DNA of 64,000 bases from the human T2T-CHM13v2.0 reference genome, Homo sapiens. Location of the stretch: NCBI RefSeq assembly GCF_009914755.1, contig NC_060936.1. One strand, written 5' to 3'. A model generated the notes under the pieces. The model did no database searches, was not told the DNA's origin, and saw nothing but the letters and a program-made list of their open reading frames with translations. Made by a program: the position numbers and the translations under genes. Shown in pieces: positions 1-14,028 of the stretch; positions within the stretch are counted from its first letter, which is position 1, and the number at the start of each line of letters is the position of its first letter.

Positions 1-819
1 CCACGGTGTCAACTTTTTATCTTGAAGATGAGCATTAGTTAAGAGTGAAATTTTGGGGGCTTTCTATCCCCTTTTCTGAAAATAGACACTTTATTGAGAA
101 GTGTGGCTGAGGTTTGCTTATAGGATCTAAGGAACCTGGCTGTTCTCTTGAACAGAACTGAAGCGTGTATGAGATAATCAGTCTTCCTATTTGTGAATGG
201 ATTTTTGGGGTGGCTGGAAGATAAAATTGTATGGAAAAAGCGACAAGGGCTACTTTGGACTTCTGTTTTATTTCTCATTGCATTGAAGGTGAATGTGGTG
301 CCTTTCAGAACAGTTAGTGCTGTGGTTTAGAAATAACACTGTAATTATCCTTCATTTGAATCTCTTCCTCTTTAAGTGGGTTTTTTTAGATGTGTGATGT
401 GAGTTTAGTCAATAGGTGGGGGTGCTTAGGAAAACAAGCTATTTTGGTCCTTGGCAAATGTGGGCATTGGTATCTGTGTTCCTTGCTATCATTTGCTGAG
501 TAACAACATTATTTTTTTTCTAAAAATATATACCACATTCTTCTCTTATTTGCATTTGCTTTTCATTTTACTGAGGGACATATACACACACATTTTGATC
601 TATAGGATGCATTTAGAGGGAATTTTCTGAAAAATCATTTTACAACCTTTTGAGCACAGAAAGTGAATGAAGAAGAGCCATAAAAAGGCAGCCACAAAGA
701 AAAGCAAATGGTTAATTTCTGGAAAAGAGCATTGCGTTTTGTGGAATTTAAAACTGCTTCTTCTGCCTGAGGCTATTTAAAATAATTTTATATTTTAGAA
801 GCTTGAAGAGATTTAAGTA

Positions 820-1103
820 CAGCAATGTGCCCCTTATCCATAGCTTTGTTTTTCATCGTTTCAGTTACAATAAGAATTCTGAGAGAAAGACAGAAATTGC
901 TCTATCATTATTGTTATAATTGTTCTATTTTGTTATTAGTTATTGTTATCAATCTCTTATTGTTCCTAATTTAGAAATTAAGTTTTATCATAGGTATGTA
1001 TGTATAGGAAAAAAAGCATATATATAGGGTTCAGTACTATCCACAGTTTCAGATATCCACTGGGGGTCTTGGAATGTATCCGCTGAAGATAGGGCGGGAT
1101 GCT
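820..1103. mobile_element. MER44-like (Tigger7-derived) non-autonomous DNA transposon relic
   Basis: Starts TA-CAG...CCCCTTATCC. Ends ...TATATAGGGTTCAGTACTATCC...CCACTGGGGGTCTTGGAATGTATCC...GATAGGG, resembling MER44 termini with degraded TIRs. Confidence 0.7.
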
Positions 1104-2185
1104 TTAACCATTTAGCTTAGGATTATACAACTATAACTAGTAGAGCTGAGATTTAAAAGTCTAAGCCCTTAGCCATGGTGGATAGTCAGTTAATAGTGAG
1201 CTTTTATTTTGCTTGATTGTCTGAGTTTGAGCTGACAGGCCGATGCACAAGAGGGGCAGAGTCCTAGCTTTTTTGAGGATTGTCATTTCGCAAGGGCAAT
1301 ATTCCTTCTCATATTTATCTCAAGCCCTTCATGTATAAAGACTTATTCAAGACAAAAGGGTAAACAACATTTAGTGAGGCTGAAAATTGCACAGTTTCTG
1401 TTCTGTAACGCCTCCTAATCCTGAGTTTGTCTCTTCTCCTCATCTGCAAGAGCCCTCGTCATCACAACAGACCTCAGCATCTAGGAGATTGGAAGACACC
1501 ACAGAATTCTGCCTATGTGATTCACAAATCCTTCTTGCTATTTGAAGCTTTGCAATTCTGACTTCCAGGCCCTCTAGGGAACTTTTAGTGCAGGGATGCA
1601 TTATAACTTAGGAGATCATGATCTTACCAATCCTGGAAAACATAGAAGCAATTCTGCTGAAGGAGAGCCATTACTGGCCGATGCAGTAGAATTATTATTT
1701 CCATTTTAGACCTGAGAAATATCTGCCTGCTGTTAGCCAAATGTGGTTCTCCCATCAGGACCCAGTAAAGAACTTGGCCATTAGGACTACTCAGCATTAA
1801 TCATTTGAGGGAATAGCTTTAGCCTTATAGTGACTAGTGTGAGTGAATCAATATGTTTATTCCTGCTAATATGAGCCAAGCTTTCTTCTGTAAAAGAATG
1901 AACTTACAACATCATAAGATTTATGGTTTTACACAATACTAATAAAATGACATGAATATTTTTTGCACGTATGAAGCATCTTCTATTGTGAAGCTTTTTT
2001 AGTTTATGCCACACACAAAAAAAGGATTTTGGTAAGTGCTACAAATAATGTTAAAAAAACAAGATGGAACTTTTTTTTTCAGAACCAGTAGCATTTCCTA
2101 CATGTAAATCTATGGTTTCCAATTTCATATTCTCCAGAAGAGCTGAATTCATTTCCTTTCTCTCTTCTTCAGAGACTTTTCTTGA

Positions 2186-2546
<361 letters not shown>

Positions 2547-4327
2547 TTCCCTTCTTTCTTAACACCATTCTCCATCTCAGTACTGTCTTAGGAACACAGA
2601 ATTCACCTATGGGGAGTTCAATACAAAACTCCCAGTTTAGAAAATGGGTTCTTTGGTGCCTCTTAAGTCCAAAAATATTACATGTGAGGATTTATTTTAG
2701 ATATGTAGCTCAAGTTTTGAAATATCACTGCTACCTATTCTATAAAAAATGCTGTGTTTGAGAATTTGTATTAAGTATACCTCTCAGGACAGGAACTACC
2801 AAATAAAAATATTTGTAGAATATAAATAGAATGTAGACAGAAGCTCAGCTCTAGCAACAGTTATTATGAGGCTATCATAGAAAATATCATTTGTCCTCTT
2901 AAGTCTGTTTTACACACTCCCCATCTTTTCTGTGACATGGGGAGGGTAAGAGCTGATTTGTCAGGCTTTCCTTTATTTTGGTTTCAATATGAAGTAACTA
3001 TTCCAAGTCCCAGGTTACAAGATTTTTAAAGTGGAATTGTTTTTACTTAGCCTAGGCCCCAAACCTGGAGTAGGCCCTCATTTTGCAGAGAATGAATATA
3101 TAAAATTTGTAGTGAAGCACCTAGATCTAACATGATGGGCCAAATTATTTATGTATAATGTCTATAATTTGTACTACAGCCTCCAAAAAATTTTAGTTTC
3201 CCATTTTTTCAATGAGAAAGATAAGGCTTATTATTATTTAATGAGTCAAGGTCACATAAAAGTAGCATTCAAATCCAGGTTAGTTTAGTGCCAGTATCTC
3301 CTTTTTCAATCACTTGTGTTAATTTACATATATGACATATGTCTATAATTGATTGAACAAGGAAAGGAATTTTAAGTGATTTATTTAAAGTAACTAAACT
3401 AAGGCAATCTAATGAAATTACTAAGAATAGTGATTTGGTGAGTGAGTGGAGGGCAAGTGGAAAGTGGTAGTAATGTAACTTACATTGTTATGTGTCACAG
3501 CAGAAAAACCATATATAGTATATAAAATTGGAAAATCATGAAACAATGGGACACACACATAGAAGGATCCAACAGAGACTCTTAAAAGTCCTTTTTCCAC
3601 TGAGGAAGAGGACAGAGATTGCAAAAAGGGTAGCTATTGATTTTTATTGTAAGCCCTTTGGTACTTTGATATTTTGTTTATTATTTGATAAAATTTAACA
3701 AGATTTTACTAAAAATCAAAAAGTTATGATCTATAATATGTCTTTCACAGTAATCTACTGATAACCTATCAAGATGCTTTAAATTGTAGACTAAAAAAAA
3801 ATCAGAGCGTCTTCTTAGTTTATATTCATTATTGTTATTCATAATGTGAAATTGCAGTGAAAGAGCATTAACTGAGCATCTAATATGTTCAAGGCCTTGT
3901 TCTAGGTTTTATAGGAGATAAAAGGGGGATACAGTTTGATCCCAGGCTTCAATGTGTTACTGTCTAGTTGAAGGTGCTCTCAATGAGGAAGAAATCTAGA
4001 TATGGAAAAACTAGGAACTTAAACATTTTCTTTGTCTGCTTCATACTGTGCTAGGTACTCTGACTCATTTTTCATAGAAAACATATACTATAGAAAAGAC
4101 AAAATATAAAGAGCTATGTGAGTTCAGTGGATAGAAAAATGGTTTTTACTTATCAGGATCAAGAAATGCTTCCTGAAGCAGAGAATTCTAGGTGGGCCTT
4201 GAAAGCAAGAAGGGATTTCTATGGACAAAGAATGGATGGGAAGGCATTGACATATTTGCTAATCAAGAAACTTATGTTTGAAACTCATTTTTTTGTTGCT
4301 GTTTCTCTTGTATAAAAGTGCTTTGAT

Positions 4328-4419
4328 GCCCTGGAAGTTGAGGCTGCAGTGAGCTGCGATTGCATCATTGAACTCCAGTCTGGGTGACAGAGTGTGACTG
4401 TCTTAAAAAAAAAAAAAAA
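4328..4419 (+). mobile_element. 5'-truncated Alu (3' end of right arm)
   Basis: GAGGCTGCAGTGAGC...CTCCAGTCTGGGTGACAGAG followed by poly(A). Confidence 0.88.
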
Positions 4420-5467
4420 GCCTAGCTGTAAGCTAGGTACAGAATGAATTTTAAAAATATTGCTTGTCCAGCTAAAGACTTTTTATTAAATGTAAATGCT
4501 GTTACCAAAGTTACAGAATCACAATTAAGTATTGAGTATAACTTCTGTCCATAAAATGTGGGGAAACTTAAAGACAAAATGGAGATCACATGGATTTTGT
4601 AGCTATTCTTGATTTTTTTTTAATTGGTCAATGTGTTTCCACATATTTAGGGATCTTCTTAGCTTCCCTCTTTAATTTATTTGTTTAGTTTCCTTAGGAT
4701 TGTACTTAATTGCATGTTAATTACTGATGCCCAGTGGGGCTGTATTTTAAAGAATCTTCAGTTTGAATCTATAGTATCTTTACCATCTTGCCTAGTTTTT
4801 CAAGTCTTTGTGTTCTGATCCAAAGGCCAAGATATCTGTGGCTATGGCAAAGAACTCAGATTCTTAGGTTTTTAGAAATTATAACAAAAAGCTATATGAA
4901 TAACAATAAATAAATAAAATCAGTAGTACGAAGTAGGCATAGTACATTTTTTACATTGAAGTCATTTAATCTCTCTCACTTGGGCACTATAAGTTAAAGG
5001 TGGAGATTGTCATCTTTGAAGATTCATTGGTACACTGATCACTCTCCATTTAGGAAAGCTTACAAAAGTCCTTGTTTTACAGCTCCCTCTCCTTTGTAGT
5101 GTTAGACTTAATGAACGGCTTATTGTCAGAAGTTCCAGACCATTACATTATACTCTATGAAAGAGTATTCTGTATTTCTTCTAGAGCAGAGACAGAAAAA
5201 TATCTTATATTTGGGGGACTCTATGTGTGATCATAATGTTTAGCATGAAGAGAATGTTGCATTTTGAAGCTGTTTGGTTTATACATTTTAAAAAATTACA
5301 TGAATTTAGAAAATCTGTTATATTAAATTGGATATTTCACATCTATGGTTTAATATCTGCAGTCTTTGTTTTCAGTCTTAAATCCTGAACTCCAAATAAT
5401 TATTAATCTCCACAATCCCACTCTTGAATTTTTACATGTCTTTAAAGTTATAAAAGTGTTTTGTGCT

Positions 5468-5758
5468 AAGGGCAGTTGCAATGGCTCACGCCTATAATCC
5501 CAGCACTTTGGAAGGCTGAGGCAGGCAGATCACTTGTGGTCAAGAGTTTAAAATCAGCCTGTGAAACATGGAAATACCCTTTCTCTATACAAAATACACA
5601 AATTAGCCAGGCATGGTGGTGCACACCTGTAGCCCTTGGCTACTTGAGAGGTGAGGTGGGAGAATTGCTTGAGCCTAGGAGGTTGAGGTTGCAGCAAGCT
5701 GTGTTCGCACCACTGCACTCCAGCCTAGGTGGCAAAGTGAGACTTTCTCTCAAAAAAA
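5468..5758 (+). mobile_element. Alu, diverged (AluJ-type)
   Basis: GGCTCACGCCTATAATCCCAGCACTTTGG...A-rich linker...CACTGCACTCCAGCCT, short A tail. Confidence 0.92.
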
Positions 5759-5915
5759 TATTTTTATTCTTATTGTGAAAAACATAAAAAAGATAAAGTA
5801 TAAAACAAAATCTACCCATCATTTCACAGCTGAGGGATAACTTCTGTACCTATTTTGAGTATTTTCTTCCTGTTATATTTTTCTAGTCATATAAATGGGT
5901 ATGTTTTTTAATATG

Positions 5916-7078
5916 CAGTCATGCACCGCATGATGACTTTTTCATCAGTGATGGACCACATAAACCATGGTGGTCCCATTAAGATTATAATGGAGCTGAA
6001 AAATTCCTATCGCCTAGTGATGTTGCAGGTGTTGTAATGTCATAGTGCAATACATTACTCACGTGTTTGTGGTGATGCCGGTGTAAACAAACCTACTGTG
6101 CTGCCAGTTGTATAAAAATATAGCACATACAGTTATTTACAGTATATAATACTTGACAATTAAACTACTATGTTACTGGCTTATATACTCTACCTTTTAT
6201 TGTTGTTTTAAAGTTTACTCCTTTTACTGATTAAAAAAAAAAGTTAACTTTAAGATAGCCTCAGGCAGGTCTTTTAGGAGGTATTCCAGAAGAGAGCATT
6301 TATATCATGGGAGGTGAGAGCTCCATTCATGTTATTGCCCCTAAGACCTTCCAGTGGAATAAGTGACATTGATAATCCTGACCTTGTATAGGCCTAGGCT
6401 AATGTGTGTGTTTGTATCCTCATTTTTTACAAAAAAAGTTTTAAAAAAGTTTTTAAATTTAAAACATAGAAAAATGCTTATAGAATATGGATATAAAGAA
6501 AGAAAATATTTTTATGGAGCTATAAAATGTGTTTTTGTTTTAGGCTTAGTGTTATCACAAAACAGTCAAAAGTTAAAAAAAATCTAAAAGGTTACAAAGT
6601 AAAAACTTACCATAAGATAAATTTATTATTGAAGAAAGAAACATTTTTAAATAAATTTAATGTGGCGTAAGTATACAGTGTTTATAAAGTCTACCAATGT
6701 GCAATAGTATTTTAGGCCTTCACATTCACTCACCACTCAATGACTCATTCAGAGCAACTTTCATTCCTGCAAGCTCCATTCATGGTAAATGCCCTATACA
6801 GAGAGACCATTTTTTATCTTTTATACTCGATTTTTACTGTACCCTTTCTTTGTTTAGGTATTCAAATACCATTGTATTACAGTTACTACAGTATTCAGTG
6901 CAGTAACATGCTGTACAGGTTTGTAGCTTAGGAGCAATAGGCTGCACCATGTAACCTAGGTGTGTGGTAGGCTATACCAACTATGTTTGTGTAAGTACAC
7001 TCTATGATCTTTGCACAATGATGATATCTACCAATGCATTTCTCAGAAAGTATCCCATCCTTAAGTGAGACATGACTG
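5916..7078. mobile_element. Tigger3b (Golem-type TcMar-Tigger) non-autonomous element, near full length (~1.16 kb)
   Basis: Terminal inverted repeats CAGTCATG... / ...CATGACTG followed by TA. Internal GATTATAATGGAGCTGAAAAATTCCTATCGCCTAGTGA matches the recalled Tigger3 consensus. Confidence 0.85.
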
Positions 7079-7092
7079 TACTTGGGACATGT

Positions 7093-7095
<3 letters not shown>

Positions 7096-7144
<49 letters not shown>

Positions 7145-7159
7145 ATGTGTGTATGTATG

Positions 7160-7209
<50 letters not shown>

Positions 7210-7220
7210 ATCTATCTGTC
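7096..7220. repeat. Compound microsatellite (TG)n-(TATG)n-(TCTA)n
   Basis: Directly visible. Confidence 0.97.
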
Positions 7221-8259
7221 TATATTCTTGTATTGGTTTTCCTCACCTTTTCATTATAAACGAGCATTTTCCCACATCATTAAGTATTCTTTGAAGACAG
7301 AATTTAATGGCCTGTATGCTTCCTTTATGGTGCTTCTTTTGTGTCTTATACTTCTATACTGCCCTCTCACATTTAAAAAAATTATTAAAGGTTTTTGGAA
7401 TCTTTGTTATTAAAAATTCTAGTTATCTAGTAGTCATAGCTACTTCTACCTGAGTTTATGAGCCCCTGCTTATGACAAATAACAAATAAATAAATTGGGC
7501 TTCTATTTATTAGTCTATTTAGGAAGTCACTTGTTTTTTAGCTTATGTAATGTGTTTTGTCTTGATCTGAAGTATTAGAACACAGGATCATTTTACTGGG
7601 TTATGTTGGATTTATTTGGCAAATCCAGTTCTCTTATCTCCAATAGCCTGTGTTTGTGACTGCTTGGATATGGGTGATTTTAAAGACTAGTGAAGAGCAT
7701 GGATTGTGATTACATATTTACACCTCAATAGCTGTGTGACTTTGGGCAAATTACTCCATTGCATCGCACCTTCTTTTCAAGATTAAAGCCTAAATGATAT
7801 CATAAAGTACATAGCCCAGAGCCAGGCTGATAATTGAATATTTTTGTTATTTTTCTGTCATTGTTGTAATTATGAGGTCTTTGGCCATCAAATAGAACAA
7901 AGCTGACTAGCCTTAGTTGAGATTGAAAACTGGCCATGGAAGAAAAAAGCAAATAACCCATTTTAATTCTGGACCAGCAGGAAGGCGTCTTTGTCTGTCC
8001 TGTCTAAGAAACTCTCATAAGTAGCTTCAGACTTTGCAATGAGGCAGCTGCATTAGTGCATCTGAAAAGTTCACTGCTGTGGCTGGAATGTTAAATAGCA
8101 GTTCTTGACAGTGACCGAAATGCATACCTGGGGTCTCAAGGAAAGGACTTAGGACTTCCTTTTCGTTATTCACATTGTTCAATACCTAGTCTGTCTCTAT
8201 ATAAATGCCAGTGTTGCTTTAATAAATTATTATGGATGATCATAGTAATACCTGTAGCT

Positions 8260-8450
8260 GCTATTTACTGAGTGCTGACTACGTGACAACTAAGGTTTTT
8301 GTGCATTATCTCATTTAATCCTAGTGGCTGCTCTGTGAGTCTGTTATCATCATCCCTATTTCACAAAGGAGGAAACTAAAATTTAGAGAGGTTCAGCATT
8401 ATCTAATAAGAATTTCAACGTTGGTCTCTCAGACTCCAGAATCTGAGCTT
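8260..8450 (-). mobile_element. MIR relic (approximate bounds)
   Basis: ATTATCTCATTTAATCCT...CATCCCTATTTCACAAAGGAGGAAACTAAAATTTAGAGAGGTT is the MIR core. Confidence 0.7.
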
Positions 8451-9619
8451 GTAGCTTTGCTCTTAGCTCTGTTGTTTTGGTTTTATAATTACTGCATAGC
8501 CTCATTCATTCATTCAGCCTGAGAATCTACTTTGTTGAGAATCTACTTCATGCCAGCTCCTGTTCTAAGTGCTTGGGTTATAGCATGCAGGCAAAGTCCC
8601 TGCCCTCCCAAGGCTTATTTTCTATTAAATATAATAGAATATTAAGTTACCTTCAGGTGTTTTACTCCTAGAATAAGCGTTCCTGTGAGGCTATGAGTTA
8701 TCTTATTCTTGAGCTTTAGGAACGTAACCGAAATTTTGTATAAGGCTGAGTATACCTCCTAAGCTTATGAGATTTCTACAGAATTTCTACAAAATACTGG
8801 AAGCTAGGGCATGTTCCATTTTATGCATCAGGCTGTTTATTTTAGCATTGGCTTTTTAGCCCTGGCAGACTCCTCAAATCGGAGACGTTCTTACTGATTA
8901 CTTTAAGAAGCTTTTAGAAGGTTTGGAAGGTTTATTGTTCGTGATAAAGCTACTTTTTGATACCTTGGTTTCTTTGACTTCCTTAAATGTTCTATAGGTG
9001 TATGGAGCAGCATAAAAACTTTCTTTCTTTAGAACATGCCAAAAATACATCAGACAAACCTAGAACAAGAGGCTTAATTACTTCATAGAATAAATTTTCA
9101 AATTCGGATACAGTTGAAAAATAAATGATGAATCGGGGAGGTCTAATTATGAGGGACCTAAGTATTAATACCTTGTTTCCGTAATATCAAGAATATTAAA
9201 TCCATCCTTAAGAATGAATTATTATAAGAAGAAGATGATATCATAAAGTGTTTGTGTTAATGTCACATTTAATCCATGTGGAAGCTGAAAATAATTTTAA
9301 ATATCCTTAGGTAGAGGCTATGTTATATTTTTTACGTAGGGAATTATCAGTAAATACTATGAAGTGTGTTTCCTTATAAAAAAGTAGTTGCCTTATTTTG
9401 CATTGGAAATACAAGTGAACCTTTTTGGTCCCATAAAATGCAAATGGCTTGTATATGTTCCTTTTTTTTTTTTTCTTAAGTCCTTTGTCTAAGAAGGAGG
9501 ATCATTGGCAAACCAGCTAGCCATTCACTTTGGATTTTGACATAGCTTCTCCTTGGGACCCTAATGACAGACTCTCTGATAACCAGTGCAAACTCCATGA
9601 ATATCTTTCATTTCTCTAG

Positions 9620-9724
9620 AAGGAGGTGTGGATTTGCAAGGCTACCAGCTGGATATGCAAATACTACCTGACGGGCCAAAGAGTGATGTGGACTTTTCAG
9701 AGATTCTTAATGCAATACAAGAAA
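9620..9724 (+). CDS. ANO4: ANO4 coding exon, 105 nt, phase 1-1, likely alternatively spliced (35-aa insert)
   Basis: Pyrimidine tract and AG at 9618-9619 (tttcatttctctag); AA GGA GGT GTG...CAA GAA A; donor GTAAGT at 9725. Length is divisible by 3. ORF track 9628..9822 overlaps it. Confidence 0.9.
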
Positions 9725-10530
9725 GTAAGTTTCACTCAAATTTTAAATTCGCCGTGAGAGAAGAAGCTATTATAATACTTGGGAGGGGTAATAAACTAGA
9801 AACCTTAGATGTCAAGCTTTAAAAAATATTAACAAAATGATGTCTTGAAAGAGATACTGTGCAAAATAATTTTGAAACTAGAAGAGATAGTGAAAGAGGT
9901 TTAATTTGTGAGATTAAATCACATAATAGTGGAATTTTTGAAAAAGCTATAACGGAATGATCAATTCTGTATATTGTATTTCATGTAATAATATTTAGTA
10001 AACCTTGGAGTATTGTAAATTTTTAGATTTCTTGATTAATCATAATCAAAGAAAAACCTTTAAGAAAACAAAATACAATTCCTCTGCTCAAATGGAAGTA
10101 ATAAGAGGGAAATGTTAGTGGAGCAAGGTGAAATCAGGAACTTCTTCTCCAAAATGAGTATCTGGAGTCATTGATGATGGACTGCATGCCAGAAGTGAAC
10201 CCTCATTTTCTAAGCATTTTGAGTAATCAAGGTTTGCTCTTCTTCGAGTATTTTATTTCTGTTTTATAGCTTTCACTCAGAATTTTATCAGAATCAACAC
10301 ATTTACTCAAGTTAAATATTTAGCATTGAGGATGGGTGATGCGGTGTCTCATACTAAGTCATTACCATTGATATTTCATTATCAGAGCTCTAATTCTAGA
10401 TGATGAAGCTCCTCTTAATATCGAATAATTTATCTCATGTTGGATTTGAGGGATTTTGATGTGAAGAACATTGTATAAACAACCATTGCAATTTTTTCTT
10501 ACTTCTAGTTTTGGGACATTGCATTTTCTT

Positions 10531-11614
10531 TTCTTTTTTTATTATTATACTTTAAGTTCTAGGGTACGTGTGAACAACGTACAGGTTTGATACATAGGTA
10601 TACATGTGCCATGTTGGTTTGCTGCACCCATCAACTCGTCATTTATATTAGATATGTCTCCTAATGCTATCCCTCCCCCAGCCCCCCACCCTACGACAGG
10701 CCCTGGTGTGTGATGTTCCCTGCCCTGTGTCCAAATCATCTCATTGTTCATTTCCCACCTATGAGTGAGAACATGCGGTGTTTGGTTTTCTATCCTTGTG
10801 ATCATTTGCTGAGAGTGATGGTTTCCAGCTTCATCCATGCCCCTGCAAAGAACATGAACTCATCCTTTTTTATGGCTGCATAGTATTCCATGGTGTATAT
10901 GTGCCACATTTTTTAAATCCAGTCTATCATTGATGGACATTTGGGTTGGTTCCAAGTCTTTGCTATTGTGAATAGTGCTGCAATAAACATACGTGTGCAT
11001 GTGTCTTTATAGTAGCATGATTTATAATCCTTTGGGTATATGCTCAGTAATGGGATTGCTGGGTCAAATGGTATTTCTAGTTCTACCTCCTTGAGGAATC
11101 ACTACACTGTCTTCCACAATTGTTGAACTAATTTACACTCCCACCAACAGTGTAAAAGCATTCCTATTTCTTCACATCCTCTCCAGCATCTGTTGTTTCC
11201 TGGCTTTTTAATGATCGCCATTCTAACTTGTGTTAGATGGTATCTCATGGTGGTTTTGATTTGCATTTCTCTGATGGCCAGTGATGATGAGCATTTTTTC
11301 ATGTGTCTGTTGGCTGTATAAATGTCTTCTTTTGAGAAGTGTCTGTTCATATCCTTTGCCCACTTTTTGATGGGGTTGTTTGTTTTTTTTCTTGTAAATT
11401 TATCTGAGTTCTTTGTAGATTCTGGATATTAGCCCTTTGTCAGATGGGTAGATTGTGAAAATTTTGTCCCATTCTGTAGGTTGCTTATTCACTCTGATGG
11501 TAGTTTCTTTTGCTGTGCAGAAGCTCTTTAGTTTAATTAGATCCCATTTGTCAATTTTGGCGTTTGTTGCCATTGCTTTTGATGTTTTAGTCATGAAGTC
11601 CTTGCCCATGCCTA
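10531..11614 (-). mobile_element. 5'-truncated primate L1 (L1PA7/8-like): ORF2 C-terminus and 3'UTR
   Basis: ORF2 peptides ([33 protein letters not shown]) and T-rich tail; perfect 18-bp TSD GGGACATTGCATTTTCTT at 10513-10530 and 11615-11632. Confidence 0.95.
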
Positions 11615-12734
11615 GGGACATTGCATTTTCTTGTTAACTTTCTTATGAATAATTTTATGCTTTTTAGTTATCCCCATTTATCATTATACCGTCCTCTTGA
11701 CCTTATGAGATAGTTATTACCTCCACCTTACAGATGGAACAACTGAGGGTGGAAGAAATTAAATGACAGGGGAAGATGATAATAATGGAGACCAGACTGC
11801 AATGATGGCTGTTTGTTCCTTCATTTAATTCCTTCATGAATGTGCTCAGTACAGGATTTAAACACATTGAGGTGAAGGATCCTGAAACTGAAGATTAGGC
11901 TACTTTTAAAAGAAATGTTTTTAGCAGAGAATATAAGGGGATCAGCTATTTATTCCGGTTGAACAATCCCTTTATATTACATTAATGAATAAAAGAGAAA
12001 AAATTTCCACAAGAGAATAAAAGTCAGATTATTAGACATTGGAGAGAAAATAACTTTTCATGGAAAGTTATAAAATTATGTAATTACTTCACTTGATTTG
12101 AAAGATGATAGGTTGTACAGTGCTCAAAGAGTTCAAATTTTTTTTCAATAAATGATAAAAGTTGGCTTCCATGCAAGTGCTAGAGGTGAACTTAAATTTA
12201 AGGAGTGGGGGCTAGAATGAACTTGCATCAGAATGAACTAAAGGTTAGTAAGGTACTATTTTTATAGTAATTTTTATTACCAGATCTTAGTAAAGACGTG
12301 TGTATCTGATGTTAACTGTTCTGTAGTTTAGAAGGGTGATCTTTCTATGAACAGGTAGAGGAGTATAAATTTATGAGTACTTAACAGAAGAAAAAGGAAA
12401 TGTTACTTGACTTTAAAATGCAAATCCAGCCCTTTATAAGTTTATGCATTTTCTATTGCTTTGGAACTAATTTATTTTCTTGTTGCAAACAAGTTTTGTG
12501 CTAATTAGATTTGAGAAGCTGCCCACACAGGCTGGGTCATTTCTGGAAGGAAAGATTTTGGGCCATTCAGTCTCTATTTAGGTTCCAAATATGATCGAAA
12601 TTTTTAGCCAGTTCATGGAAATCTCCAAGCATAAAAATAGGTAGCTTGGTACTTTAAGGGACTGTAGCTTAGATTATCGTTTCTGGAAAGCTTTGCGAGA
12701 CCATCGTTAAGTGTGTAAAGAATATGGAGTTCTG

Positions 12735-13047
12735 CGACTGGCCCCAGTGTGTGATGTTCCCCTCCCTGTGTCCATATGTTCTCATTGTTCAACTCCCACT
12801 TATAAGTGAGAACATGCGGTGTTTGGTTTTCTGTTCTTGTGTTAGTTTGCTGAAAATGATGGTTTCCAGTGTCATCCATGTCCTGTCGGGGGGTGGGGGG
12901 CTAGAGGAGGGATAGCATTAGGAGAAATACCTAATGTAGATGACGGGTTGATAGGTGCAGCAAACCACCATGGCACGTGTATACCTATGTAACAAACCTG
13001 CACGTTCTGCACATGTACCCCAGAACTTAAAGTATAATTAAAAAAAA
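12735..13047 (+). mobile_element. Short L1PA 3' end with 5' inversion (twin priming)
   Basis: Antisense 3'UTR piece 12735-~12883, then sense G-tract to poly(A). Degenerate 18-bp TSD AAAGAATATGGAGTTCTG (12717-12734) / AAAGAATACAGAATTCTG (13048-13065). Confidence 0.9.
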
Positions 13048-13149
13048 AAAGAATACAGAATTCTGAACATCAGTATAATTCCTCTCCTTTTTGTTAAGAT
13101 TAACAAGATGATGGAAAATTTTCACTTTTTTCTTCAAATGTTGTGACTA

Positions 13150-13270
13150 TTTATATATAGTATATATATATATATGTATGCATGTATATATGTGTGTATA
13201 CATACATATACATACATACATACATATATATACATACATATATACACACACACACATATATATATATATG
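13150..13270. repeat. (TA)n/(TACA)n/(CA)n low-complexity microsatellite
   Basis: Directly visible. Confidence 0.95.
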
Positions 13271-13994
13271 AGACCTTCAAGATCAAGCTAGAAGTGCGTA
13301 TGTGCATGCTTACATGTGTGTATTTCAAACATTTCTTGAGTGTCTGGGGTAGGCCGGCCATGATGGTGTTTTCCCAAAGTATCTCTTTTCAATCTTAACC
13401 CTAAGTAATAATAGATAAGATTTTCTCCATTTTAAAGGTGAAAAAACTGAATATAGCTCCCCAAGGATATATGGTTACTATGTGATAGAGTCAATATTTA
13501 ATTGTATGTTCATCCTTGTTCTGCTAAATACTAAATTAAATAAAAATGATTAGGAAAAATGAACTACTTTGCATTTTTAAAGTTGTATTATATTTTCACA
13601 TCTTGATGCAAGAATTTTGCCACCATGCTTCTACATTGTGAAATACATTTACAGTATTTTATCTTTTAGTGTGCATACCCTAAGTATATCCTCATCTCTT
13701 CTAAAGATGTCTCAGAGTGGCTGGCCATACTCAAGTGCTTTTTCAGATCCTCCATATTAGATGTACAGCTTATAAAAAAGAAAAGAGTTATTTTAACCAT
13801 CCATCCATCTTGCCTGTCATGTGTCAGGTACTGTGCTAGGCATAATACCTTAAGGCAGTGGTGAATGTTTGGTACAAAGTCTAATTCAGGAAAAATGAAA
13901 ACGTTTTCAGATCACGTCTTGTTTTGGTGTTCAACAGGAAAACAACTTGATTGCTTTTTAGGAACAGGCATTTACATGTGAAAGTATAACAAGG

Positions 13995-14028
<34 letters not shown>
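13995..14028. repeat. (TG)n microsatellite
   Basis: Directly visible. Confidence 0.95.
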
